Below are positions 25,482-40,100 of a stretch of 64,000 nt of DNA, piece after piece. Position 1 is the first letter of the stretch; the number at the start of each line of letters is the position of its first letter. Source of the stretch: Octopus sinensis (Eukaryota); the NCBI RefSeq assembly GCF_006345805.1, contig NC_043008.1, positions 52,700,001-52,764,000 on the forward strand, read 5' to 3'. A model generated the notes under the pieces. The model ran no database searches. It was given only the letters and a program-made list of their open reading frames with translations, and had not been told where the DNA came from. A program made the position numbers and the translations under genes.

Positions 25482-27529
25482 CAGGAGATACATACATACA
25501 AATAGATATCCCTTGCATTACATAAGTATTTGCACTCTAAAAACCCAAACTGAAAGTCGGATTCTGTAATGTCAAATTTACCCCCTCCATTGATTTCCAG
25601 TTACATGGAAGTCAATGAACAAAGAGACATCAGGATATTGTTCACTGTGGAACTCCATCATTTAATGTCCATTTTCCATGTTGGCATGGTTTGGACAGTT
25701 TGACAGAATATGATGGGTCCAAGGACAGCATAATGCTCCAATGTCTACTTTGGTGTGGTCCCTGTGGCTTGATGCCCTTCCTAGTGCCAACCACTTTACA
25801 GCATGTACTGGGTGCTTTTTTTCATGCCACCAACAGTGTGCAAGTGGGATTTTTCAATCTTTAACTCTGGTTAGGAAATGAATTAGACTGTGGCAACCCA
25901 CCCAACTCATGCCAGCATGGAAAGGAGATATAAGGATCATGAAAACGTATATATATATATATATATTCATCTATCAAATAGACATATACACATTACTTGA
26001 AGGTCATCCTACTGAAGAGCACACACAATTACAATATGAATTACACAAACACATGAGTGTAATTCTAGAAATATGCTAATTCATTTACACATTAGTACAC
26101 ATGATGATTGCTTTATCTAGCTGGATGATGTGATAGCTAGCTTATGAATGAGACATTCATACATCACTGGACTGAAGTAGCATATGCTTGTATGACACAA
26201 CAGACACTTATGCTAATCTGAATATAAATATAGTTCAATATTCAGTGACGAGCAAGAAGTCAAAGCAAGATGGCAAGAAACTATTTCATCCATGTGTCTT
26301 TTATCAGAGATAACTTCTCTGAGACTTTTCCAGTTAAAAATTAGCCATAATTCAGTGGGAATTTGATTTTGGAGACTTCCTTCCATGGTTAGCTTTATTT
26401 TGTGCCCAGACACTTGCTTACATACAATGCTACCAACCAAAAACAATAGCCACAGAGTATTGTGTAATATATATATATAAATACTACTACTATTACTACT
26501 ACTAAAACTCTGCGATTGTTTGCTTGCATTCTTGCCTGTAATTCAATACAGCCAAACCAGTGCATAATGGGAAAATACTCTAAAAGGCACCACTGAAATG
26601 TGAATAGAAATGGAATAAAACAAGTTTCACATAAATTGTGCCATGGATTCTTGAGATAAGCAGTTTTTTGGGGGTACCTTCATAAATAACCAAAATGGCA
26701 CATAATGGGAAAATACTCCAAAACTAACATAACTCTGAAATGGGAATATATAATATTGGGAAAATTGTTTCCATTAATTTTATATTTATGTTATATAACA
26801 ATTCCTTTTACATTTTTGTAGAAGTGTGCACATATGACATAAATAAACGCTATTACTGCAGGTCAGGTTTATCTCGGAAGTTCTATTTCTATTAGATGCT
26901 GTAAATAATCAATAAAACCTTAAACATGAACTAGTAAGCCAAACCTATGATGACATAAACGAATTGAAATGTTTAACTGAATCATCATAAAATTAACTTT
27001 CATTTCAATGCAATGTTGAAATCAGCTTCAATGTTTTATAACCTCAACTGTCAGTGACCCAACAAGTTATAGGTAATCTAGTGTGTGTGTGTGTGTATAT
27101 TTATTGTTTTATATTGTAATTCATATGAGTGTTTCATTTGCTTTTAATGCTGAACTCAAATCGTTCCATGGACCTGGAAAAGTAACAGGAATTTACTTTG
27201 TATATTGCAATTTCATAAGTAATGACACAACACTTTAGGTGGTCACTTGACCCACTGAATGGGTGAAGAGCAAATCCTTAAATGTATCCCTCAGTGCAAA
27301 CTACTTAATTAATCATAAGTTAGCTAATCCCAACAAACCAATAGAGATTTTCAATGACAACATACACATACACAGAAAAATATTAATAAAATGCAATTAT
27401 TTAAAAAAATATTTTTTTAAATGTCTGAAAGTTGAGAACAGCAGACAGTAGCATTTAAAGAAATGGTGTGTGTGTGTGCGTGTGTATGATCCATATACAG
27501 GAAAAAATAGAAATAATGAAAAGCATAGA

Positions 27530-27530
27530 T

Positions 27531-27561
<31 letters not shown>

Positions 27562-28045
27562 TGGAAAGCGATGCATTCATGAAGGAGAGAAAGAAGGAAA
27601 GAGAGAGAGAGAGACAGAGAGGAAGGAATGTAGATATCATAAGAGAGAATGGGCATGCACAGACCAAAAGAGAAAGGAAAGATGAGCAGATGGAGATGAA
27701 TGAAGAGAAGAGATGATAGACGAGAGACAGAGGGGGGACAAAATAGAGAGAGGGAAATACAAAAAGAGCGAGTCAGAGAGAAAGGTTGAGAGAGAAGGTG
27801 AAAGATACAGAGAAAGAAAATGGCAGACAAAGAGAAGAGGACAATGTAGAAAGAAAGAGGAAACGATGAGAGAGAGAGAGGGAGAGAATAAAAACTATGG
27901 ATGCAAAAACAGAGAGACAACAATGTAGAATGCTGTTATGAATGGAAAGAGTGTACGATTTAAAAAGCCAAAGAGAGAAAGAGTACTGGAAAAGAAAAAT
28001 GAAGAGAGAATATGAAGGAGAAAGCGAGGAAGGAAAAGTAAAGGG
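27530..28045. repeat. GA-rich polypurine low-complexity tract
   Basis: Direct reading. Confidence 0.85.
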
Positions 28046-28249
28046 CAAAAATCATCAGGCTTCCTTCCAAAAATAACAGGCAGGAGAACCTTGGAGAATT
28101 AAAATGCTGAAATTTAGATTGTTCTCTTACTCTAAGCAAATTTCTCCCATTTAGCAAATGATTTAACAAAGCTTAAAAATAAAAGAAAAAGAAAATTTAT
28201 GGACGTTCAAATAAATAATTTGTGTGAGTGTTTTTCTACTCCACCTACC

Positions 28250-28253
28250 TCTC

Positions 28254-28345
<92 letters not shown>

Positions 28346-28425
28346 CTTAGACAAACACGTGTGTGCATGTATAGATATATACATATTTATACATGCATAT
28401 ACATATATACATTATTCTCTATGTA

Positions 28426-28475
<50 letters not shown>
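28250..28475. repeat. Compound (CT)n(AT)n...(GT)n(AT)n microsatellite
   Basis: Direct reading. Confidence 0.9.
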
Positions 28476-28482
<7 letters not shown>

Positions 28483-29538
28483 TAAGATACACATGCACAA
28501 ATACATATATACATAAATGTATGTGTGTGTGTGTGTGTACATGTGTGAGTAGCATTTTATGTATATGAAAATGAAGAGAGCAGAACATGTGTTTTAATAG
28601 CCCAAATGATTATACAGATGCAATTATTTCAATATATATTTTTGTACATAATTAACTCAAATTAACTCGTTCATAGTAGGATATGTAATAAAACTGACTA
28701 TATTTGGATATAAATAATTACTCTAATGTACTAAATCTATAATCCTAAAAGTAAGGAAAACTAGCAGTTATATACAATTTCTTATATTTTGATAAGAACA
28801 TCTGCTTTCCACAGAATTACATTTTAAGAAATGCTTACTCCAAACCCTAGCACCACTTAGAAATACAGAATATATTTCTGCAACTCTCGTGACCAAAGAC
28901 TGTTACATCATGAGAGAATGGCTGCAGCCTATAGGCTGAAACATTGGACATTGCTGTCTTGAGTTCTAGGGCTCATAAGGACAACTACCCAGTTTCCATG
29001 GAATGTTAGTGACTGAGATCACAACACACTCTGCTGAATAAGATGCCAGTCTTTTACAGTATTACTCATTTGTACCATGAAATGTTTTGCTTATCAGCAC
29101 AACTCACTCTGGGAATTGAAACTATCATCATGCAACTATGAGTGCAATAACCTAACATAATTCATGAAGGATTTAGCAGCTATTACAAGCAGATTAAAAC
29201 AATGTGGAAGTTTATTTGTAGGCCTGTCCTTGATGGTGGAGTGGTAGTGGTGGTGATATCTTCAAGGTGACAGAATTTTTTTTTATATTTTTAACAGATG
29301 AGGGGTGACAATGTTATCTTGAAGAGATAGTGTTAAATGATATTTTCAATACTGGAATGTTGATGCTTTTATCCTTTATGTCTAAAAAGGTAAATGATAT
29401 CTTCAAGAGGTAAGAGACAAATAAGTTACAGGAAAAAGTGCACATTTCAAAAATTATATATATATATGTGTGTGTCTGTGTGAGAGAGAGAATTTTGAGT
29501 AACAGAAATCACAAATGGATATATATATATATATATAT

Positions 29539-29949
29539 AATGATAAATCTCAGAGCGAGTTATAATCAGTAGCGGTAACACATCGTGATGCATATATGCC
29601 ATTTGAACATGGCTAACCCATAAGGGTGGATGCTACTGTAGTTTGTAGCCCCAGGAAGATATCTCCTCCAGTTGGCTATAGACACACTATTTGTGTCTTG
29701 TCAGTATTTGTGAAGGGGAGTCATCCTCCCGGTCTTCAACACATGATACACAGGTACCCGAGTTTCAAGGTGTTTACCTTTCATCAGCGTGTGACAATCA
29801 TGGTTGTCGATGAGAAGTCAGATCCCTTCACAAATACATATACTTTTTCCAGTGTCGATTTGACACTGATATTGAAAAAGTGAAATCAAACAATGATAAA
29901 TCTTAGAGCGAGTTATAACAGTAGCGGTAACACATCGTGATGCATATAT
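29539..29949 (-). mobile_element. Hammerhead-bearing, (TA)n-flanked element with 58-59-bp terminal direct repeats (353-bp unit); Penelope-like pLTR or retrozyme candidate
   Basis: 29539-29597 nearly equals 29892-29949. Internal inverted pair 29705-29719/29823-29836 encloses the hammerhead. (TA)n on both sides. Confidence 0.75.
29749..29793 (-). ncRNA. Type I hammerhead ribozyme
   Basis: Minus strand reads CACACG-CTGATGA-AAGGT-aaac-ACCTT-GAAA-C-tcgg-GTA/CCTGTG. The core is complete, stem II is 5 bp, stem I has 5 of 6 pairs. Predicted cleavage after GUA, between 29755 and 29754. Confidence 0.8.
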
Positions 29950-29999
<50 letters not shown>

Positions 30000-31925
30000 A
30001 GAGAGAGAGAGAGAGAGAGAATAAAGAGTAATCGCTGTACTTAGTGGTTTGGTCAAGGAGTTGAAGAATCCTGGCCACAAAACCAGTAGATATTATACCA
30101 CTTATATGAAGTTGCTTGATTTTAAATCTCTGATAAGTTAACAAACTGTGCTGACACAAGTAGAATCTTATTGACAGCAAGAGCTGCAAGCACTGAGTGC
30201 ATCGTATATATTTTAGCTTTTGTTTCTGTCGTTAGACTGCAGCCATGCTGGAGCATTGCCTTGAAGGATTTCACTCAAACGAATTGACCTCAGTACTTGG
30301 ATTTTTTTTTTTTTGGAAGGCCTGGAACTTACTCTATTGTGCTCCTTACCAAACTGCAAAGTTATGGGGACACCATCACCAGTTGTCAAATGGTGGTGGG
30401 TAACAAAATACCCCCACCCCCCAATATAATGGGATATTTTCAGTTTCTGTCAGCCAGAAACGTTAGCACACCGGGCAAAATGCTTAGCGGTATTTCATCT
30501 GCCGTTATGCTCTGAGTTCAAATTCTGCCAAAGTCAACTTTGCCTTTCACTCTTTAGGGGTCGATAAATTACGTACCAGTTATGCACTGAGGTTGATGTT
30601 CTTGTTTGTTCCCTCTATGTTTAGCCCCTTGTGGGCAATAAAGAAATAAGATCCATCCACAAGGCTTTGGCCAGCCTGAAGCTACAGTACAAGGCACTTT
30701 CCCAAGGTGACATGCAGTGGGACTGAACCCAGAACAATGTGGTTAGGAAGCAATTTTTTCTTTAATGTTTTATTTATTCAGCAGAGAAGGCTGTGCCGAC
30801 GACCTCTCACAGGGCCTCCAAAGACTGATGGGAAGGAGGGAAAATTTTATAGTATCTCCGAGACTGGAGGGAGGAGGAAAGTAACCTCAAGCCAACAATA
30901 GGACCTAGCAACAGAATGGACTCATTTAAAGGTACCAAAGTACCAGATGGTGATATTGAGACAAGCAAGGGATTAAGTGTACTACCCAAGAAGGCCATGG
31001 TAGGATTTGAACTCAGAACGAAAAGGCCCAGATCACATACTATAAGGTATCCAGTTTAATGTTCTTACAGTTTAGCCAATACACCGCCCTAAATTAGTAA
31101 ATTTAACTCCCCAAAAAGATGAAAGGTACAGTTGATCTTGGCAGGAATTGAACTCAGAGCACGTGGAGTCACAACAAATATCATGAAACATTCTGTCTGA
31201 CCTCTAATGACTACCAATTAGTCGCCTTGTATAATAATGAAATGTTAAAAATAAGTTTGAAGCCCATCAGAACTCAAGGGTGAGAGTAAAACCTTTATCA
31301 TACCTAGACATTTAACCGATAACATAGATTAGTTCAATTCACATTGACTCACAGCTATGCAGCACAACTTTCAGCAACTAGTATACCATTTAATAAATAA
31401 TACTGAATCAAGTTTTCTAAATTTCTGTATTCCATTCTCTTGTCAGAATCAGAATTAAATATATTTGAGACAACTCACCATGAAGCTAATGATTCATATC
31501 CTGTTAGTTGTGTCTTGGTTCAACTATGGCCAATATACTTAGCTTTCAATGGTCAAGGTCATATAATTCACCTACTTTAAACTCAGCCACTAAAGTAATC
31601 TTAAATAATTGAGACAGTTACAACAATTCCTATTTATCTAGGAAGGTGAAGAAAGAGGCAAACAAATCTTACAACAAAATTTTCTACTTCAAAGAGATTC
31701 ATATTTCTGAAGCAACATGGGAAAAGTAAGATAACATCAAATAAATCACCTAAGTAATGTTAAATTTTCTTAGGCATGGTTGTGTGGCTGAAAAGCTTGT
31801 TTCCCATCCACATGGTTACAGGTTCAGTCCCACTGTGGAGCACCTTAAATAAGTGTTTACTACTCTAGCCTAGCCTGACAAAAGTTTTGTGAATGGATTT
31901 GGTAAATAGAAACTGGGAGAAGCCC

Positions 31926-31972
<47 letters not shown>

Positions 31973-32119
31973 CAAAAACTCAAATCATCCAGACAGGTGA
32001 TACAAAAAAGGGGCAACAAAACATCCAGACAGACGATGCAAAGAAAACAAGGATGGGTTATTCAGAGTTTTCTTTCCTCGGTTGAGTTCCAGATTATCTT
32101 TGCAATTTCAGCTGGTTAC

Positions 32120-32162
<43 letters not shown>

Positions 32163-33084
32163 TATATATACATACATATATCATGTGACTGATCAGACTA
32201 TCAGATGTTATACATCACTGGCCACAATACACTTTATATCAGTTTAGCCTTCAAATGACACCACCCCACTGGTTAGGCAGGTAGGCCAACATTACCCCCT
32301 GACTGAAGCGGGGGCTGGAATCACATGAAATGAAGTGGTTTGCTCAAGAACACAAAGTGCTGCCCAGTCTTGGAATTGAACCTACAACCTAGTGCTCATG
32401 AGTGTAACAGCCTAACCACTAGGCCATGCACCTTCACACACACACACACACACTCTCAGCTACTATGGATAGTCCAATTGCTAATTGTCACTGCTGTTGG
32501 TGGTGGCTGTTATTGTTTAGCAGACCAGACCATCTGGTCTTTCTAAAAATACCTTCGAATACATTATCCAATATGTCTTGCCATATTTTTTAAGATGGTT
32601 GAACATGACTTGAGGAGACATTGCTGTAATTTCTAGCAGTTCACGCAACCACAAAGAGGCTCCCTCATTGCTGGAGGTGGTAGTGTGATAGTGATCTCTC
32701 CTCTTCTTACACTAATAGCCAATTATTAGCCTTGTCTTGTTAATAACAGAGAAATAGTCAAACAAAATATGACCAAACAAATTATTCTACAATACAGTTT
32801 TAGCTTTCAGTTACTTGTTTTGAGCCCCTTATGTAATACACAAATTAGCAGCTGACTGTTGCACATAAGATACTTTATGTAACACAGTACCAGTCACGCT
32901 CAAACATAGCTGTGTGATTAAGAAGCTTGCTTTGCAACAATGTGATTTTTGAGTTCAGTCCTACTGCATGGCACTTTCGGCAAGTGTCTTCTAGTGCAGG
33001 CCATGTGGAAATCTTTGAGTGTGTTTGTGCATCTTTGCCTTCACCCCACCACCTGATGACTGGTGTTAGTTACTTTGCAGCTCC

Positions 33085-33504
33085 ATTACTTATTTCTTTA
33101 CTGCCCACAGGAGGCTACACACAGAGGGGACAAACAAGGACAAACAAACAGATTAAGCTGATTATATCGACCTCAGTGCGTAACTGGTACTTATTTAATC
33201 GACCCAGAAAGGATGAAGTGCAAAGTCGACCTCGGCAGAATATGAACTCAGAACGTAAAGACAGCTGAAATACCTATTTCTTTATTACCCACAAGGGGCT
33301 AAACACAGAGAGGACAAACAAGGACAGACACATGGATTATGTCGATTATATCGACCCCAGTGCGTAACTGGTACTTATTTAATCGACCCCAAAAGGATGA
33401 AAGGCAAAGTCGACCTCAGTGGAATCTGAACTCAGAATGTAAAGACAGCTGAAATATTATTAAACATTTCGCCCGGCGTGCTAACGTTTCTGCCAGCTCG
33501 CCGC
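33085..33504 (-). mobile_element. SINE family D with duplicated 3' half, inserted into a family A copy
   Basis: 12-bp TSD CTTTGCAGCTCC at 33073-33084 and 33505-33516. Confidence 0.88.
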
Positions 33505-35623
33505 CTTTGCAGCTCCGTTGCTTAGCAGTTCGGCAAAACAGACTGATAGAATAATCACCAGACTTTTAAAAAGATGAAATAATTAAATACTCTGATTTGT
33601 TCAAGTAAACACTTCAATATGGTCTCCCAGCATGGCCACAGTCCAATGACTGAAACAAGTAAAAGATATATATAAAAACAAGGAGAAAAAGAAAAACAAA
33701 ATTGACCAGGAGATTATAATACTAAGCTGACCACTAGATTGATTTAATTAGATACTTGGTCCAAGTGTTAAAAGCATTAGACTTGCTACATGAACAACTT
33801 CAGATATCTTTCACAGTCTAAGTATGATTCAAAGCAAGAAAAGGATGATCTCAACTGATTTAGATTTAATCAGTAATATTGTCAAATATTGCAGGTGTTT
33901 TTACAGTTGACTGCTTTTCCTGGATGAATCACTGAAGTGTGAAGTAAATATGACATATTTTTTTTTGTTTTGCATTAGTGCAAACTAAGGAAGAAAACAG
34001 TAATACAAATATCTGCAAACAATAGGTGTGTGTGTGGCTGTGTGTGTGGTAAGAAGTTTGCTTACCAACCACATGAGTCTGGGTTCAATCTCAATGTATG
34101 CACTAAGGCAAGTGTCTTCTGCTAGAGCCTTGTGAGTGGATTTGATAGACAGAAACTGAAAGAAGCCCATCATGTGTGTGTGTGTGTGTGTGTGTGTTAC
34201 TGATCAGACACAAAGATAGAAATTTTGAAGGAAGGGGATTAGTTGATATTGATGACAGGCAAACAGACTGCTGTGAGATTTGAACTAAAAATGTAAAGAG
34301 TTGGAAAATAAACTGCAAGGCATTTTATCCAGCAGTCTAACAGTTTTTCTAGCCTGCCACATCAATGTAACAAGAACTATTAACAATTTTTTTATACGGG
34401 TACAAGGCCAGAAATTTGAAGAAAAATGAATGGTCAATTATAACAACCCCAGTACTTTTCTGAGAATTACTTCACAGACCCTGGAAGGATGAAAGGCAAA
34501 ATTGTCCTCAGTGGGATTTGAACTCAGAATGTAAAGGGTTGCAACTATAAATGGCAATGTATTTTGTCTGTTGCTTTAACAATTGAGCTATCCACTGCCT
34601 GCCTTAATATGAGCTAACAATAAGAGTTAAGACTCTTAGAGACTATCCTGGAAATGAAGAGTTAAATTGTTAATATATTGATTATTAAGTCCTTAGTAAA
34701 GGTATTCAACTCCCAATCACTCAATACATTTTATATGAATGGGAATCATGAGTTAGTGAAGCCTTGCTGCTATGAGAAGCAGTTGTATTGCTTCATAGAA
34801 GAGACAAGTGTCTCTATTGAGATCAAATTCCTTTCACTCATGAATAAAACCACTAACATTCATTTTAGAGACACAAAGATGACACAAATCAATTAACAGT
34901 TAAAGATTGGATGATAAGCTCCAACACACATTTTCTCCTATGTAATACACCACTTAGGTATCCTGCATCATTGGTACCCAACACTGTTGTCATTGTTAGC
35001 AATTATAACAGAATAGTTGTTGTTGTTGTTTAGACAAATCTATGATCAAAAGCATTTCAGCTGTAAGTGCCACATCTTTTTAGAGATCAAAGACTACTGT
35101 TCATTGCATCCTTCATGTTTTAGCCCTTTAGTATTCAGATTACTACCAAATGTAACGCTTATTTATTCAGACTCTTTTGAATTAATCCTGTATTATCTTG
35201 TAGCTTTGAGATTCCGATGATATTATCTATTTTTCAAATGACATTACAGATTAGTTGTCTATCACTCTACCCTGAAGATGAAAGCCAGGTCTACCTAATG
35301 TTTATATACTTTCACTACTGGTTGCATATCGTTGACATTTTGTGAACTGCATCTGTGAACATTATCAAGTAATTCTGAGCCTACAGAAACAGTTGTCAGA
35401 CCTGTAGCACCATAAGTCATCCCCTTCGTTTTTTGGGGTTTTTTTTTGTCTTTGCAATCTGTGCAAGTTCACTCTGTTAACATATAAATATCTATATATT
35501 TCTAAATAAATATTCATGAAATATTGTTTTCTCTCTATTTCATGTATATGTGCATGTATATTTTGTACATCTAGTTCAAGTGGTTTCATTTGTTTACTTG
35601 CATCATCATCATCTCTATCATAC

Positions 35624-35663
<40 letters not shown>

Positions 35664-36352
35664 CAGTGAGTGTGTGTGTTATACATACATACATACAGTG
35701 AGTGTGTGTGTGTGCATTTGTTGTCCACTACCATTTGAAAACCAGTGTATGTTTGTCTATGTCCCCATAACCTAGTGGTTCAACAAAAGAAACAAATAAA
35801 ATAGGTTCTTTGTCTTGGAAAAATGTTGATAATAATGATATTAATAAATGTTAAGTTTTGTTCTACAAGAGAAAGTAGTTACAAATAAATAATGATAATG
35901 ATGATGATAGCAAGCGCAAATAATTCTTTTGTCACAGTATAGATTGTGTGTGTGTAGCAATTGTGTAGAGATTAGTCTTTCAGAGTTTCACATTTTCACC
36001 AAGAACAAAATTCTCAAAATAAAATGCACGTTTAATTTATAAACATTTCAGATCATAAAAGACTAAATTACAACCATTTAATTACTTGAATTATCATTTA
36101 ATTTTTTATTATGTAAATACAACAGTCACAAAAATATTGGTTTCAAATTTTGGCACAAGGCCAGCAATTTTGCGGGAGGGGTTATGCCGATTACATCGAC
36201 CCCAGTGTTCAACTGGTACTTATTTTATCAATCCTGATAGGATGAAAGGCAAAGTTGACCTTGGTGGGATTTGAACTCAGAATGTAAAGACAGGGGAAAT
36301 GCTAAGCATTTTGCCCGGCACACTAACAATTCTGCCAGCTCACTGCCTTTAA

Positions 36353-36575
36353 CCCTTTAGTGTTCGCATTATTCTGCCAAAATTAATCCTTTTTTTATCC
36401 ATATTGTTTTGAACTAATCAGGCATTAATCTTGGTGCTATGAGATTTTGATGAGGTAGATGTTAATTTTTAAAACGATATTGTAGGGTTGGTGTGAGAGA
36501 CCAGATCTGGCCAGCTTGGACATAAAACAGGCCAAATATTTTTGGCCGGATATGGCCGGTTTAAATGCTAAAGGG
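36353..36575. mobile_element. piggyBac-type MITE (223 bp)
   Basis: TTAA|CCCTTTAG...CTAAAGGG|TTAA: TTAA target duplication and CCC/GGG ends. Confidence 0.8.
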
Positions 36576-36859
36576 TTAACTGTTACAAAAAATATGAATG
36601 TCAGAAAAAATACAGAAGAAAGTTTAAAATTTCAATACAAATAGTAAATATATATTTAAAAGGATTAGGAACAGATATTCATTTTAAAAGAAAAAGGAAA
36701 GTATTTCTTATTCAATGTCTTTCAAACTTTGGAAAATTTAAAATTTAAGAATAAATGCAGAAAGAAAATGATGAATGAATAAATAAATAAATAAATAAAT
36801 GTATTAATTAGTGCCTTAAATATTTCTGGATTCAATAAAGCAAGTGGTGGTATTAAAAG

Positions 36860-36865
36860 AGAGCA

Positions 36866-36914
<49 letters not shown>

Positions 36915-36956
36915 AGAGAGAGAGAGAAAGAAAGAGAGAGAGAGAAAAAGAGAGAG

Positions 36957-37039
<83 letters not shown>

Positions 37040-37115
37040 AATAAAGAAAGAAAGAAAGAAGGAAAGAAGGAAGGAAAGAAGGAAAGAAAGAGAGTGAGTG
37101 AGTGAGTGAGTGAGT
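36860..37115. repeat. (GA)n(GAAA)n(GAGT)n polypurine microsatellite
   Basis: Direct reading. Confidence 0.95.
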
Positions 37116-40100
37116 GGAAAATGAAGACCCACAAAACCAAGAGCTGAAATGAGAGAAAGTTAAGAAAAATCTTGCTTGAATATTAGAGAAAAGAGAAATA
37201 GTGAGCAAAAATTTTAGTGTCAGTTATTTTCACACCACAATATAAGATAAACAATTAAAACCATCTTAAAGTGAATGTTTAGCTTAAAAAGAAGACAAAA
37301 ATAAAATTTAAAAAACCGTGGATTATTATTTATTTATTAATTATTATTATTATTTTTGTTTGTTCATGTTATGTTTAGATTAGAAGCTTATCATAAATTT
37401 GCTGAAATCTTGTTGGAATTATCTCCTCAATGGTATTATCTAAGAACAACTGGAAAGATGAAGAACAGATCTAATATGCATATCTAAACGATGGATTCTA
37501 TGACTGTCATTTTGCATTTGCAAAGATGGATTTTTTTTAGCTTGAAGTTCAAAGAAAGCGAGACAACACAAACATGTCGAGAAACGGCATGTTTAGAAGA
37601 CAGTAGGGTGAGGAATAGACAACAGACGGATAAAGGACAGAGGGAGAGGAAGAGTTGGAATGAACACAGGCCAAGATTACATTTTAGGTAGATAGAACAC
37701 AGTCAAAGAAGCAAGAACATGGACAGGGTTTGAGGAACTAGGAAATAAACAGGCTCTGAGAGGTAAAAACACAGACAGGTTCTAAAAAGCAAAACAGACA
37801 GATCCCACAAAGCAAATTGGATAGGAACCAATTTCAGGAAACAAGGCCCCAAGATGTAGACTGAACAGGAACTGAGAACTAGAACAGGAATTTGTTGATG
37901 GAAGGAGAACAATATCTGAACAAGAATATATGTAATTTCTTTAATATATTATGGAACTTCAGAAGTTATATGAAGTGACATTGAAACCCCACAAAAATTT
38001 GCATCATTATCCTGTAAAGATATCATGTCAGTGAGTAAAGAATTGGACAAAATGGTAAAAATTCCTTTTGAGAATACAGTGAGACCCATCCAAAACACTA
38101 ATAGAGAACAATAGTTTGATTTTGTTAGTCTATAAGGTGCATCCTTTATTGGGAAATGTTATCCACGTTTATTGAAAGGAATCTCTAAGTCCGTTTTACA
38201 AAAAAATCATTGAAATAGAACTTATGAAGGTTAGAGTAAAGAAATTTCGTATAATTTCAAGTTGTCACAACAGTTGTATATGAGGTTACTCTAAGTAAAT
38301 CATGGTTTTTAAAGAGAATATAATGTTGTAAGTCTGACAGTGAAACAATAAGCAGCTTTTGCTATTTGTGAACTTTTACTGCTCTGTCACAGAATTTGAA
38401 AAGAGTTTGAAAGAGGTGGCAACAGAAATTAAAGCAGCAAAAATTTGTTGTTTTTTCACCCTAGGTCAGCCTTGATTGGGAAGGCCTATAGTCAAAAGTA
38501 TTTCAAACATGACCATCATATCTATTTTGTATAGACAGGGCACCAAGGACTGCGTTATACAATGCATCTTTCCTTTTTACCTTAAGACAGAAGGGTGTGA
38601 TAAAGGGATCTGTCCCTATTTCTATCAGGTTTTTTTCTTAGCTTGATAACAAAGTAATCAAAAACATGGGAAAATAGCTTTGCACCATCACTGCAGTTTA
38701 AAATTAATTTATCATTATATCTGCATTTTCCAATTTTTGTTTGTTTTGTTTGTTTTTTAAAATATTTTTAATCAGAAGAAACAGTAGTGCCCATGACCTT
38801 TCAAGAGTCTCTGAGACGAGTGATAGCGAGTGAGGAAGGGATGAAGGTATCCTCAAATCAAAGACTATGCAACAGAATAATTCCCACTAAAAGCACCAAA
38901 GGTGCCAAGGAAATGTGTTAAACTGGGTGACCACTATCCAATTAGGTCCTGGTGAAATTTGAACTCTGAATGCAAAGAGGTGGAACAAACACCCTAATGC
39001 ATCTTGTCTAATATTCTTCCATTTCTGTTAATCCATCAATCTCAACTGGTACTGCCAATCCATATCAACACCAAAAGAACAAAAGGCAAAGTTGACCATA
39101 GCAGGATTTGAACTCGCAGCACTAACTGTTAGAACAAATGCTGTAAGTTATTTTATCTGATGCTCTAATGACTGCCAATTCACTGCAGTTACCTAAAGAT
39201 CATGGAAAACTTAAAATTTTTTTCTTTAGAGATATAAAACTCCAAAGAAATTTCTTTATAAACATTTCAAAATATTTATCACCGTTTCTCAGTTTGGTCT
39301 TGTTCTTGGTAGGCACTAAGAGTAAATATATATATTCAATAAATTATCACAAACTTTTTGAAAAAAAAAATTATCTGATTCAGTTATTTTCTTTTCTTTT
39401 TCTCTTTCTGTTCAATCATGCATCACAAAAGAAACCCTCAGAGTTAACAATATTGCTTAAACATATTCTGAAACATTCTACAGATATCTAGTAGTCTACT
39501 ACAAGAACTTCTTCAGAAAAACAAATCTAGATTCTACTTTACTGAAGATTTGGTAAAAATCATGCTTAAATGGAAAGTTAATCAGGCATATGGAAATATA
39601 TTACTCTGAACTAAAGAGCTTGAATAAATAACATTTCTACATTTTCTAATCAGGAAGACAAGGATTCTAATAGGTTTGCTAAATTTTTCAATCAACAAAA
39701 GGTTCTATTTTATCAGTATTTTAATAGTCAAGTTACATGGAAATATCTGGAAATACTTTATGCACACAGACACATAGAGAAAGAATAAACAGATCGATAG
39801 AGCTTGCCATAACACCAATGAGGAGTAGGAGTTTATACAATGCAGAAGACAACACTGTTAGAAAGGCAGGCAAATATGTATAATATAAATACCCATAGCA
39901 GGGCAGTACAATAGAGCCAGGAAGAGAGAGGAGCCAAGCTGACATAAGGCTCAAAATTCACAAGTTTTTATACTCACTTGAAGAATCATGGCTGACTTTG
40001 TCATTTTTCTTTGCAGAAACTATAAGTTCTAAAATATGAAATAAAAGATTCAGACATGTCTTTCATAGAAGACAATGGTCAATAACCAAAGTGTTTAAAA

